This document shows positions 17,986 to 27,204 of a stretch of DNA of 41,144 nucleotides, in pieces. How positions within the stretch are numbered: position 1 is the first letter of the stretch; each line of letters starts with the position of its first letter. Origin of the DNA: Candidatus Micrarchaeota archaeon (GTDB lineage Archaea; Micrarchaeota; Micrarchaeia; Norongarragalinales; Norongarragalinaceae); the NCBI GenBank assembly GCA_016207165.1, contig JACQQD010000002.1, forward strand, positions 1-41,144, read 5' to 3'. The position numbers and the translations under genes are program-made. The notes beneath the pieces were generated by a model. That model searched no databases and was not told where the DNA came from. It saw only the letters and a program-made list of their open reading frames with translations.

Positions 17986-20900
17986 CTACGCGGCCACGCC
18001 CAAGAATTGGTCAACTAAGGGAAGCAAGCGCGGCGCCCAATTCAAGTCGCCGTTGACATTCTTAAGACCCCAATCGAACGGATCCGCCATCCACGCTTGG
18101 CCGATTATTTGAGCCTTGCCCTTCACCGTACCGTCTGACGCTTGACGACCGGTAAGGTCTGGACGAGTTGAAAGGTCTTCCAAGAATGTACTTCCACCAG
18201 TGAGGGGAGCCGAAGAAATCTGGTCCAACCGGTTGCGGGCGTTACCTAGAGTCCCACTGAAATCGGTGGCGAAAACTACTTTGAACTCTGCAAGGTAATC
18301 GTCCATCAGGGCAACTGGAACATCGTAATCCCTCACGAAAAGGAAAAAAGTAAGGGATTCATCCGGCGTTGATTTGGTAATCATTAAGGGATCCAAATCA
18401 ATTAAAACCGCCTTTGAATTTGATTTCCGAACAATATAGTTGTCTCCATCCAAATCCAAAATAACGTATCCTTGTCGAGCCAGTTCCGCATCGGCGGCAG
18501 CCACAGAGCGTACGGCCGTTTTCTTGGTTTGCTCGGATCCGGACGCCAAAACCTTTCCAAGGGTCGTCCCCTCAATGTATTCTTGAAAGAAAAGTCCTTG
18601 GCCGTCTTTGAAGTTGTTCCGCTGGCCCTCGACAAATCCATAAGGCTTGGCCGCAAATCCTTTTTTCGACCAAGCTTCAAACAATTCCACTTCCTTGGGG
18701 TGGGTAAAGCCGGTTTTGGCAACCATGACCTTGCTTGAACCGTCCTTGAACAATACGCGAATCAAGTGCACGTCGCGGGAGCCTCCACTGGCCAAGAAAC
18801 CGGGTTTTAACGCATCTCCGACTTCTTTGACTGCTTGAATGGATTTGACGTCATCCAACGCGAAGTAACCGTCCGTAAGGACGCGAATCGTGTCGTCCAA
18901 TTCCGTCGTGAGTTTTCCATTCAATTCCTTGAGGAAATCCAAGCGTTCCGGTGGGTGGTCGCCGTAACGAGCCAGCATGCGGTCAAAGCCTTCCGGGTTG
19001 AACAACGGCTTGCCGTACTTGTACGTTTCCCCGCGGGAGTACACCATGCCCATGACCAACGGAGAATCCCGCATGGAATCCGGGTCTTCGCGGATAAGTA
19101 GTCCGTTGAAGAACTCGGCGTCCCGGCCGAAGACATCCATGTCAGTTGGAATGTCGCTGTCCAAGACGGCGACAAAAGAAGCCGCCCGATGGGACGTTTC
19201 CAAATCGGATTTCTGTTTTTTGAGTGTTACCTCAAGAGAGTCAACCAACTCTTGGTCGCCGGACTTCTTTGCTTCAGCCAAGGCCTCTTCCGTGTTCCTT
19301 ACCAGTTTTTGCTGGAACGTCAACCTCTTGGGTATTGGGTCCAAGGCCGCCTGTACGCCGCCTTGTCTTGGCTTCAAGGTGGTTTCATCGACGACGGTGT
19401 CCAATACCCTCAGCAATTCCGTGGACTGTTCAATGGGCAAAATGGCTTCCAGGTGCTCCTTGAGTTGACGGAATACGACGCGGCTTTGACTGTACTCCCG
19501 CGTTCCTTGTGGGGCTTTTTGAGCGGCTTGGAAGGCCGATCGGAAAACGGATAACTTGTCCTTCAGCGGAACGCTGGGCCCGAAGTACCCGTCCAATGTT
19601 TCCAGGTAATAGCGTTTGGCTCCCACGCCCTTGGCCGGCGCCGCACGCAAGTCCAGTTCCAGTTCAGCGTCATCGGCGGCTTTGACGAAGCGTTCCACTT
19701 GCGCAACCAAGGCTTTGGGGGGTTTGCCTTTGGACACGTATAGGATGCGGTAACTTCCCGCGTCGCCAGGCAAAAGAAGGACGCGGGGGTCGTCAATGGC
19801 GGCGTCAAAGACTTGCTGGACGGCTTGCTGGTGTCGGACTTTGTAGTCGGCGTCGGCCTTGGCGGCCACGTTCGGATCCGGGGACTCCCTGAGGGGGCGC
19901 AGTTCATTCAAATCATTTTTGGCAGTCTCGGCGACGTCGGTGACGATTTTCGTGGTGATGTCGAGGTTGTCTTTTTTGAAGCGTTTTGCCAGGACTTTGC
20001 CCCAGTTGGATGGGTTCACGATTTTTCCGGCGGCATTCTTGAGGGGTTCCACGAATTGCTTGCGCCACGCGGTGGACGCGGAGGCGGGGTCTGAGGAGGC
20101 CTTGACGGGATCCGCGGCTTGTTGGGCGGGCGTGCGCTCGGCAACGGGTTCCTCGTTGAGTTTGACGGTGCCGCCTTCCGGCTCGACTTTGGCCGGCGCG
20201 GTGACTGGGCCGTCAGGTCCCTCGGCGCCCTTGGCTTTGGCGGCCTTGATTTTGACGTGCAGGGCGTCGTAGGCGTTGGCGCCCAAGTCCAGGACGAAGG
20301 TGGAGACTTGGCAGATGTTGAAGATGCGTTCGCCGACCGGCATTTCATGCCATTTCGTGGCGAGGTCTCGGGTTTGCGTGTACGTGTCGTAGAATCCTTT
20401 GGCCAGCATGGTGGACAGCAGGATGGCGCCGCCGACTTTCAAGACGGGCGGGCCTTTGGCGACGAGTTGGGAGCCGTACACGACGCCTCGGCTGATGGCG
20501 ACGCCCACGACTTCGCCCATGGCGCACGATTGAATCGCTTCAACACCTTGGCTGAGGTATTTGAAGTCCTTGTTGAGCTGGATTTTGGCGAAGTTGTCCG
20601 AATAGAACCGTTTTTCGAGGATGTCGGTGAGGATGAGTTTCTGGGCGGCCGTCATCTGGCCGACGCCCTTGTAGTTCTCCTGTTTCTTGTTCAGCATCGA
20701 CCAATTCAAGGCGTATTCGTGGTCGAGGAACTCGCTGGCTTCCAAGACACGTCGGACGGCGGTGCGGCGGTGGGGTTCGGAGTTCTGGGAAGTGCCGTAC
20801 ATGTAGAGGTCCATGTACGAGGGGTAAATCGAGTACCCGGTTTGCATGAAGACGTCGCCGCCTTCCATGGCCATTCCCATCCGGATGAAGTTTTCCCGAA

Positions 20901-21756
20901 CGTCCTTTATGGTGGCCCCGTTGCTTCCGGCGGAAAGGCACGGCGTGTTCAGCAGGAGGGAATCCGGGGGCAACTCGCGGCGCTTGGCGTAGGCGTACAA
21001 CAGCCCGAGGGGGGCGTCGGATTTGAGGCATTGGGCGAAGGTGCGAATGCCCAGGACGTCGTCACCGGTAAGGGTGGTGGCGGCCAAGTAGATGCGGAGT
21101 TCGGAATCGACGCTGTAGCGGTGCTTGAGGCGGCCGAATTCCAGGTGGGTGCTGATGCCGAAGCGCTTGTGGCGTTGGGCGGCAAAGTAAATGGTGTTGG
21201 CCACTTTTTCCTCCAAAAACGCGTCGGAAGGCGTTTGCTTGGTGCGATACGCCTGGATTACGGCGGACAAGACGGGGTTGAACTTGTACTCGTCTTCCAC
21301 TTGGGCAAGGCTGGCAACCGGCGTGCCTGAGACGAAGGCGATGTCGCCGGTCTTGAACTGGCGGAATCCCACGAAGCCTGGCAAGTCCGCGCATTTCAGT
21401 TCGTAGCCTTGCCCGTCTTGCCGGAGGGGCGGGCTGGCGATTTCGTCCCAAACCGCTTGAAGTTTTTCACTGGAGTTGTCGGTTTTGCTCAGGCAGTCCC
21501 GAATGCCGGCAATGGCGTCCAAGTTGTCTTTGATGCGTTGGCTGGCCACGTCTTCTTCGTAATCCATGGCCAGAACGCCCATGAACACGTTGAATTCTTC
21601 GACGTTGTCGCCGTAGAGTTCCTTGAGGAAGGCGTGTTCGATGGCCAACTGCTTCAAGGCTTTTTCGTTGAACGCCTTGTAATTGAAGTCCTCGGCCGCG
21701 GATGCCGTGGTGGCGATCAACAAAAGGAAAACCAGTGCGGGCAAGATTTTTTTCAT
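17986..21756 (-). CDS. Secreted 1256-aa protein with a C-terminal protein-kinase-like domain (polymorphic-effector-like layout)
   Basis: Signal peptide MKKILPALVFLLLIATTASAA; central Gly-rich hydrophobic helices; kinase motifs LASGGSRDV, VAK, FFQEYIEG, VILDLDGDNYIV and LIDLD. ATGA overlap with the upstream gene. Confidence 0.82.
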   Translation of the reverse strand: MKKILPALVFLLLIATTASAAEDFNYKAFNEKALKQLAIEHAFLKELYGDNVEEFNVFMGVLAMDYEEDVASQRIKDNLDAIAGIRDCLSKTDNSSEKLQAVWDEIASPPLRQDGQGYELKCADLPGFVGFRQFKTGDIAFVSGTPVASLAQVEDEYKFNPVLSAVIQAYRTKQTPSDAFLEEKVANTIYFAAQRHKRFGISTHLEFGRLKHRYSVDSELRIYLAATTLTGDDVLGIRTFAQCLKSDAPLGLLYAYAKRRELPPDSLLLNTPCLSAGSNGATIKDVRENFIRMGMAMEGGDVFMQTGYSIYPSYMDLYMYGTSQNSEPHRRTAVRRVLEASEFLDHEYALNWSMLNKKQENYKGVGQMTAAQKLILTDILEKRFYSDNFAKIQLNKDFKYLSQGVEAIQSCAMGEVVGVAISRGVVYGSQLVAKGPPVLKVGGAILLSTMLAKGFYDTYTQTRDLATKWHEMPVGERIFNICQVSTFVLDLGANAYDALHVKIKAAKAKGAEGPDGPVTAPAKVEPEGGTVKLNEEPVAERTPAQQAADPVKASSDPASASTAWRKQFVEPLKNAAGKIVNPSNWGKVLAKRFKKDNLDITTKIVTDVAETAKNDLNELRPLRESPDPNVAAKADADYKVRHQQAVQQVFDAAIDDPRVLLLPGDAGSYRILYVSKGKPPKALVAQVERFVKAADDAELELDLRAAPAKGVGAKRYYLETLDGYFGPSVPLKDKLSVFRSAFQAAQKAPQGTREYSQSRVVFRQLKEHLEAILPIEQSTELLRVLDTVVDETTLKPRQGGVQAALDPIPKRLTFQQKLVRNTEEALAEAKKSGDQELVDSLEVTLKKQKSDLETSHRAASFVAVLDSDIPTDMDVFGRDAEFFNGLLIREDPDSMRDSPLVMGMVYSRGETYKYGKPLFNPEGFDRMLARYGDHPPERLDFLKELNGKLTTELDDTIRVLTDGYFALDDVKSIQAVKEVGDALKPGFLASGGSRDVHLIRVLFKDGSSKVMVAKTGFTHPKEVELFEAWSKKGFAAKPYGFVEGQRNNFKDGQGLFFQEYIEGTTLGKVLASGSEQTKKTAVRSVAAADAELARQGYVILDLDGDNYIVRKSNSKAVLIDLDPLMITKSTPDESLTFFLFVRDYDVPVALMDDYLAEFKVVFATDFSGTLGNARNRLDQISSAPLTGGSTFLEDLSTRPDLTGRQASDGTVKGKAQIIGQAWMADPFDWGLKNVNGDLNWAPRLLPLVDQFLGVAA

Positions 21757-24700
21757 GCGGACGGCACTCCAATCATTTCAATAAACTTGTCCCTATCGCT
21801 TTTCACGCCGCCGGGGGTTGCATACGACCATTGAGGCAATAAGGAAGTTGGAAGCGATATGGTGCGGGAGTCAAAGGCCAGCCAATTCTGGGTTCGCGGG
21901 ACTTTCAACGCCATTTCGTAGACTTGGCCGGGTTCCAGGGCCACGTCGAAGCCCCCGAAGACCACGTTGCAGGCGCCGAGGCGGTTGTCATCCAAGTCGT
22001 CAAACACGGCGGTGCGCAACACCATTTTTTCGGTGTAACCGTTGGGATATAGTTCCGAGACCGTGGAACCGGGCTGCGCGTTGATGTGTTCCACGTGAGT
22101 GGATACCAATTCTTCAAAGGCGTTCAGGGCTTGCTGGGCTTGGAAGCAATACAATGCATTTCCCGCGGCGTCCTTGAAGGTGACGGGTTCCTCGATTTTT
22201 TCCAGTTGCTCGGCCAAGACGTCTTTTTTGGACCAATACGTATCGCCTTGCGGCAAGTCTTGAACCTTCAGGGTAAGGGTTTGCCGCGTGTCTTTGCCGT
22301 CGATGGCCACTTTGCACGACGCGTTTTGCGCGGAGGCGTCGACGAGCTTGATGGAGTTGGCGGGCATGGACTCCGAAAACAGGGAGCCGCAGGAAAGAGT
22401 GACTGTCCGCGGATAGTTGTTGACCAGCGTGATTTGTTTCTTGGCGGCGTTCTTGTCGGAGCGGTAAAACGCGAGGTTTTCGGGGGCAACGTACGCCAAG
22501 TCTTCCCGCACGACGTGGCGGACGGGCACGGAAAGCGGCGTGTCGCTGCTTAACTCGCCGGATTCCACGGTGAAGGTTCCCCGGACTTGTTTAACGTCAA
22601 GCAACCCGCCGGAATAGCGGTTTTTGGCTTCGACTTTTACGTCGGCGTACCACTTGTTTTGCGCGTCTTTTTTCACTTGGGCGCTGACAATTCCGGGAGC
22701 GGCCTCCACTGAAACCGTGGGCGCGGTTTCGGTTTGGATGGGCAGTTCCAGGCGGTAGTGCTGGAAGGGGACCAGTTCCGACAAGGCGTTGGCGAGGGTG
22801 GGTTCGTCAGGCACCAAGGATTTTTTGACGGTGTACAAGTCGTAGTTGGTGATGGCTTGGGACAAAATGGTGTAGGAGCTGGACCCGCAGGCGTTGGTTT
22901 TCCAGTAGCTTTCCGCTTTGTTGGTGGAGGCGGGAATCAGGAGGCTGATTTTGTCCTCGCTTTGACCCAGTGTGGGCCCGATGAAGGCCGTGTTGGACTC
23001 CAATTGTTTTTCGACGGTGAACAGCACGCTGGTATTCCACGTTTCGTCGTTTCGCACGTACTGGACGACTTCCTGCGTCTCGTTTTCAACGAGAATGGCG
23101 GGTGCGTTGTCCGGCTTGAGGTACAGCGACGGGTACAAGTGGGAGGTGTAGGCCGGAGTCCCGCTGCGTTTGGGGCGGTTGTACGAGTCCACTAGCTTGG
23201 GGTCGGCGGCGTACGGCGCGGAATCGGTTCCGGAAAGAACGGTTGCCGGAACCACGCCGTGGTACAAGTTGACTTGCGGCGAACTGATGGTTCCCACGTA
23301 ATATGTGTAGGCAAGGTTGCCTTTGCCGTCAAAAGCCGTGCGCGCGTCGGAACTGGGCAGGGAAAGAATCTTGGAGAACACGCCGTTTCGAAGAGCGTAC
23401 AAGGCCGTGTTTCCGGTTTTCCGGGCAAACAGGCTTCCGTCAGGCCCGACCAACATGCTTAGTATCGTGTCGTACGTGGACCCCGAAGTGGGGGGGACGC
23501 CGAAGTAGCCCACCCGCGAAAGTTTTCCGCCCAAATCCGATGACGTCACGTCCTTGGGCACGCCGTCGGAGGCGTACAAGTCCGGGCCGGCGCTGTCGCA
23601 CGTGCTGGCCGAGGAGACGTAAGTGCCTTTTGAAAGGCAGAAGTAGTACTTGCCGTTGCCGGAGCCGACGAACCGCAGGTTTTGCATGGATGACGAGGAT
23701 TCCTTGAGCTTGGAGGCGACGACGAAGTCGTCAATGCCGTCCGGCGTGACGTTCATGGCGCGCAACTCGAAGGTTATCCAGGTTTTTTCCGTGGTGGCCA
23801 GCCCTTCCAGTGGACAGTCGGAAGTGGTGGAGGAACGCGTGTAGTACGACACGCCGTTGATGGTCGTCGTGGTGCAGTAGCTGATGAAGTTGCTGTCGTA
23901 TTGTGAGTAGGACTTGCTTCGGAGTTTGCGACTTTCATAAAAGATGTAGATGCCGGAATCCGGTGCCAGCGCGGCACCCATGAACGACGTGCCGCCGCCC
24001 GCACCCTGGGCGCTGTAGACCTTGGGAGACCCCGACGAGGTCGTGGTGATGACGCCGATTTGCGTGTCCTCGGGTTGGGGCAACCTTTGAGCGCCTAAAT
24101 AGGTCCACGTGCGTCCCTTGTTTTTGGATACGGCCACCGCCGTGACGTCGTAATTGTAATAGCCCGGCCTGGACATGATTTGAACATTGGTGTACTTGGC
24201 GTCCCGGCTGAAGCAAGATTTGTAGTCCTGCGCGTCGGTGCTCCACTTCTTGCTCCCGTCGGATTCCGTGGTGTAAGGAATGGAGCCCGCAGGGCAAATG
24301 ACTGAATTCCCGGAGCCGTACTCATCGCAAAAGGGACACACCCAAACGCCAAACGAGTCTTGTCCAGGAAAGGGGCAATTGCCACCGCTACGATATCCGC
24401 AGGTGGTGACGTGTCGGGAACAGCGGCCCTTGATGTACACGGGTGCGGATGCGGAGGTAAAGCATTCGCCGTCTCTGGTGTCGCACGAGTCTACTTCGTC
24501 ATCGTCGGACAGGTAACAGAACTGGACAGTGGGGCCTGGCAAGGGGGACGTGTCCACCGTGCATTTCGTGATGGCGTCGTAATTGCTTCCGGCTGAGTAA
24601 CCAGGGCGATCTGGGTAATCCACGTGGTAGGCTTCCAATTTCAAAGGCGTATCCTCGTATCCGAGGAATTGCTTGCCTACGGTCTGCGAAGTGCCTTGCA

Positions 24701-25460
24701 ACCGGATGGAGTGCTTGAATACCAGGTACAAGTAGCCGTCTTTGCCGCGAAGCAGGGCCAACACTTGCGTGAGTCCAACGGCCCGGTTTCCGTTGGGGAT
24801 GTTGGAGGCCAACTCCTCCAATGGAAGGGGGTAGTGCGAGGCGGAAAAGCTTTCCGCGTCGGAAGCGGCGGCCGACAAGCCGCCCAACCAAGCCACCATG
24901 AAAACAAGGATCAACGCGAGTGCACGTCGTAACGCCAGCCGTGCAATGCATGAACCCAAGTCCAGCGGTGGGCAAGTGCGTTGGTGGAGGTTGTCTTGCA
25001 GTGGACGGTTGCGCGAATTCGTTTCAGTTGAACCGGATTCAGAAGCGCGTTCGCGGGGCGGTTCTTTGGGCTTGCGGTTTTTCAAGTACAAGTACGCGGC
25101 GCCGCCCACGACGACCAACGCCATCATGAACAGCGCCAAGAGCCCAAAGTCAACGGAGGGCGCTTCGAGATTTGCGTTGGCTTGGCTGGAGGACGCGTCG
25201 GGCGGGAAGTCTTTTTCGAATTGGGCGTTCAAGTCCACGTACCCCTCCGGCAACTCCGGCGGGACCACGGAGGGTTGCACTTCTTCTTCCAGGGGCGGAA
25301 GGACGAATTCGTCGAAAAGCAACGAGTCGGGGCTTGAGGCGGCCATCCAAGGAATCAGAAAGGATGACAAAAGCAAGGCGGTGGAGAGGGCCTTCGTCAA
25401 ATTCATGGGCGTTAAAGCGTACGGCGGCGTTTTCTTTTTGGTTTCGGTAAGGGTCGTCAT
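21753..25460 (-). CDS. Large exported beta-propeller-like protein with a Cys-rich insert
   Basis: 1235-aa ORF (alternative start ATG 25406, MNLTKALS). Asp-box-like VAVSKNKGRTW; repeated beta-strand/turn motifs; three N-terminal hydrophobic segments. Confidence 0.8.
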   Translation of the reverse strand: MTTLTETKKKTPPYALTPMNLTKALSTALLLSSFLIPWMAASSPDSLLFDEFVLPPLEEEVQPSVVPPELPEGYVDLNAQFEKDFPPDASSSQANANLEAPSVDFGLLALFMMALVVVGGAAYLYLKNRKPKEPPRERASESGSTETNSRNRPLQDNLHQRTCPPLDLGSCIARLALRRALALILVFMVAWLGGLSAAASDAESFSASHYPLPLEELASNIPNGNRAVGLTQVLALLRGKDGYLYLVFKHSIRLQGTSQTVGKQFLGYEDTPLKLEAYHVDYPDRPGYSAGSNYDAITKCTVDTSPLPGPTVQFCYLSDDDEVDSCDTRDGECFTSASAPVYIKGRCSRHVTTCGYRSGGNCPFPGQDSFGVWVCPFCDEYGSGNSVICPAGSIPYTTESDGSKKWSTDAQDYKSCFSRDAKYTNVQIMSRPGYYNYDVTAVAVSKNKGRTWTYLGAQRLPQPEDTQIGVITTTSSGSPKVYSAQGAGGGTSFMGAALAPDSGIYIFYESRKLRSKSYSQYDSNFISYCTTTTINGVSYYTRSSTTSDCPLEGLATTEKTWITFELRAMNVTPDGIDDFVVASKLKESSSSMQNLRFVGSGNGKYYFCLSKGTYVSSASTCDSAGPDLYASDGVPKDVTSSDLGGKLSRVGYFGVPPTSGSTYDTILSMLVGPDGSLFARKTGNTALYALRNGVFSKILSLPSSDARTAFDGKGNLAYTYYVGTISSPQVNLYHGVVPATVLSGTDSAPYAADPKLVDSYNRPKRSGTPAYTSHLYPSLYLKPDNAPAILVENETQEVVQYVRNDETWNTSVLFTVEKQLESNTAFIGPTLGQSEDKISLLIPASTNKAESYWKTNACGSSSYTILSQAITNYDLYTVKKSLVPDEPTLANALSELVPFQHYRLELPIQTETAPTVSVEAAPGIVSAQVKKDAQNKWYADVKVEAKNRYSGGLLDVKQVRGTFTVESGELSSDTPLSVPVRHVVREDLAYVAPENLAFYRSDKNAAKKQITLVNNYPRTVTLSCGSLFSESMPANSIKLVDASAQNASCKVAIDGKDTRQTLTLKVQDLPQGDTYWSKKDVLAEQLEKIEEPVTFKDAAGNALYCFQAQQALNAFEELVSTHVEHINAQPGSTVSELYPNGYTEKMVLRTAVFDDLDDNRLGACNVVFGGFDVALEPGQVYEMALKVPRTQNWLAFDSRTISLPTSLLPQWSYATPGGVKSDRDKFIEMIGVPSA

Positions 25461-25463
25461 GCG

Positions 25464-27023
25464 TCAATCACTTGAATCGGTTTCAGGGGTTTGGCAGATG
25501 AAAGGCGACGAAGCCAAAAGCGGGTTTTCCTTCAAGCAGGAAAGGCCCGCGCAGCAGGTGCCGCCGGAAAACACGCCGCACTGCCTGCCTTCAACGCGGC
25601 ACGCCGTATCCTCGACAGGCTCTTCGCCGACGTTGACCAACTCAATGGGCGGTTCGGGAGTCGGTAAAACCAGTTCGCCGTCGAAATAGGAAATGGCGGA
25701 ATCCGCGTCAACCAGCGTGACGCCGGCAAGCAGGTCGGAGAGTTCTTCTGGACTTGGGCTGGGCGACGGGGAGGGACTGGGTGAAGGGCTGGTGGGCGCG
25801 CACACCGTGGAAAACCCGTCCAATTGACAGGACAATGCTTGGCAGCACGAAATGCTTCCAGGGAGAATGCCGCATCCTTGGGCTTGCGGCACGCAGGAGA
25901 GTTCTCCGGAAGGGGAAGAATCCGTTTGCGATGAAGGAGGAGCTTGACAGCCCAAGCGGATGCCAAACGCGTCCAGCGCGCACCCGGCGCCTTTGGGCCG
26001 CACCCAGACACCAAAATCCTCGCGCACGGGCGTTTGCGACGAGCCGACGGCCGCCATGGCGGCATCTGCAGAGGAAGCGTCAATTCCGGCGCCCGTTTTC
26101 AGCCGGACTACTACGTCAAAAGCGGAACCAGACTTGAATTTCGTCGCATCCCAAAAAAGCCGTGACGCGCCGGGAACGCCTTCAAGCGCTTGAATGGTGG
26201 CAGGCCGGGGGAACACGGAACCGAATCCTTCAACTCCGGCTGGCAACAGGACGGCGAGGCCGCCGGAGTAATCCGTTGGCGCGGCAAATGAAAGCAGGGC
26301 GAACCGGCTGCCGTCGGGGCGCTGCAGGACAAAGAACGTGGTGCGGGAGTCCAAGGACCGTTCTAAAACAAGGGTGGATGAGGATCGCAAGTCCGCCGGA
26401 GACGGAATTTCTTCTTTGGAGGCCAAAGCGATTTGCTCGGCGTCCGCTCCCGCATCTTTTCCTGGAAGCACTTTCAAGTTGCCGGTGGGCAAGTCGGAAA
26501 ACGAGTAGGCGAAGCGGTCGTCGGAGACTTTGGACACGGCCACGGGTTCAACGGAAGCCGAGGCGTCCCCAGTCACCGAGAAAAACGAGTACGTGCCGGG
26601 CGGCAGCAGGATGGAAATCGAGTAGGCCGGCGGTGACGCGCCGGAATCAAACGACCACACCGAAGCGGACGCATCCAAAAGCGAGAACGAGAGGCCCGGC
26701 GCTCCCAAAAGCGTGCCCGAACCCCCGACTGGCACAAAAAACGCGTCCGGGTTAAAGTCCGCGCAGTCGCAACGCGTCTCTTGCGGAACGCTTAACGCCG
26801 TGAACAAATTGCCGGGCCGAAACGATCCGGAAGCGTCAGAACACTGCGAGTCCACGACCGCCGCCGCCCGGCATTGTTTTAATTCCAAGTCAGACAAGCC
26901 GGTGGCGGACTGCTGGAAGTTAGACTGGAGAACCAAAACGGCGACCACGACCACCAGCAACGCCCCGCCTAAGAGAAGAACGTATTCAAACGTTCCTTGT
27001 CCCCGTCGCGTGGATGTGGCCAC
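25464..27023 (-). CDS. Class III signal peptide (archaeal pilin-type) protein with a Cys hairpin and two knottin-like modules
   Basis: RRG|QGTFEYVLLLGGALLVVVVAVLVL is a prepilin-peptidase (EppA-type) site with Q at +1 and E at +5. GTG 27023 is the likely start. C-x6-C-x7/8-CC-x4-C-xn-C occurs at 25800-25895 and 25494-25601. Confidence 0.85.
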   Translation of the reverse strand: MATSTRRGQGTFEYVLLLGGALLVVVVAVLVLQSNFQQSATGLSDLELKQCRAAAVVDSQCSDASGSFRPGNLFTALSVPQETRCDCADFNPDAFFVPVGGSGTLLGAPGLSFSLLDASASVWSFDSGASPPAYSISILLPPGTYSFFSVTGDASASVEPVAVSKVSDDRFAYSFSDLPTGNLKVLPGKDAGADAEQIALASKEEIPSPADLRSSSTLVLERSLDSRTTFFVLQRPDGSRFALLSFAAPTDYSGGLAVLLPAGVEGFGSVFPRPATIQALEGVPGASRLFWDATKFKSGSAFDVVVRLKTGAGIDASSADAAMAAVGSSQTPVREDFGVWVRPKGAGCALDAFGIRLGCQAPPSSQTDSSPSGELSCVPQAQGCGILPGSISCCQALSCQLDGFSTVCAPTSPSPSPSPSPSPSPEELSDLLAGVTLVDADSAISYFDGELVLPTPEPPIELVNVGEEPVEDTACRVEGRQCGVFSGGTCCAGLSCLKENPLLASSPFICQTPETDSSD

Positions 27024-27069
27024 ACAAAGCCAATGAATCCGGCAATAAAATGGTTTGGGATGTCTGCGA

Positions 27070-27164
27070 TATAGCAAACCGCGAAAGTTCCGGGAAACTT
27101 TCGCGCCGTTTGCTAGAAAGCAATCCCGGACTATTTCGTCGGGTTACTTTCCGGGATTGCCATA
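27070..27164. repeat. 95-bp twin-hairpin element, copy 1 (MITE-like or structured RNA)
   Basis: 81/95 identical to 33849-33943 by ungapped manual alignment; two long stems. Confidence 0.9.
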
Positions 27165-27204
27165 GGTTTGGCCAGCTCCGGAAAACGGTGCAAGCGGATA
27201 ACCG

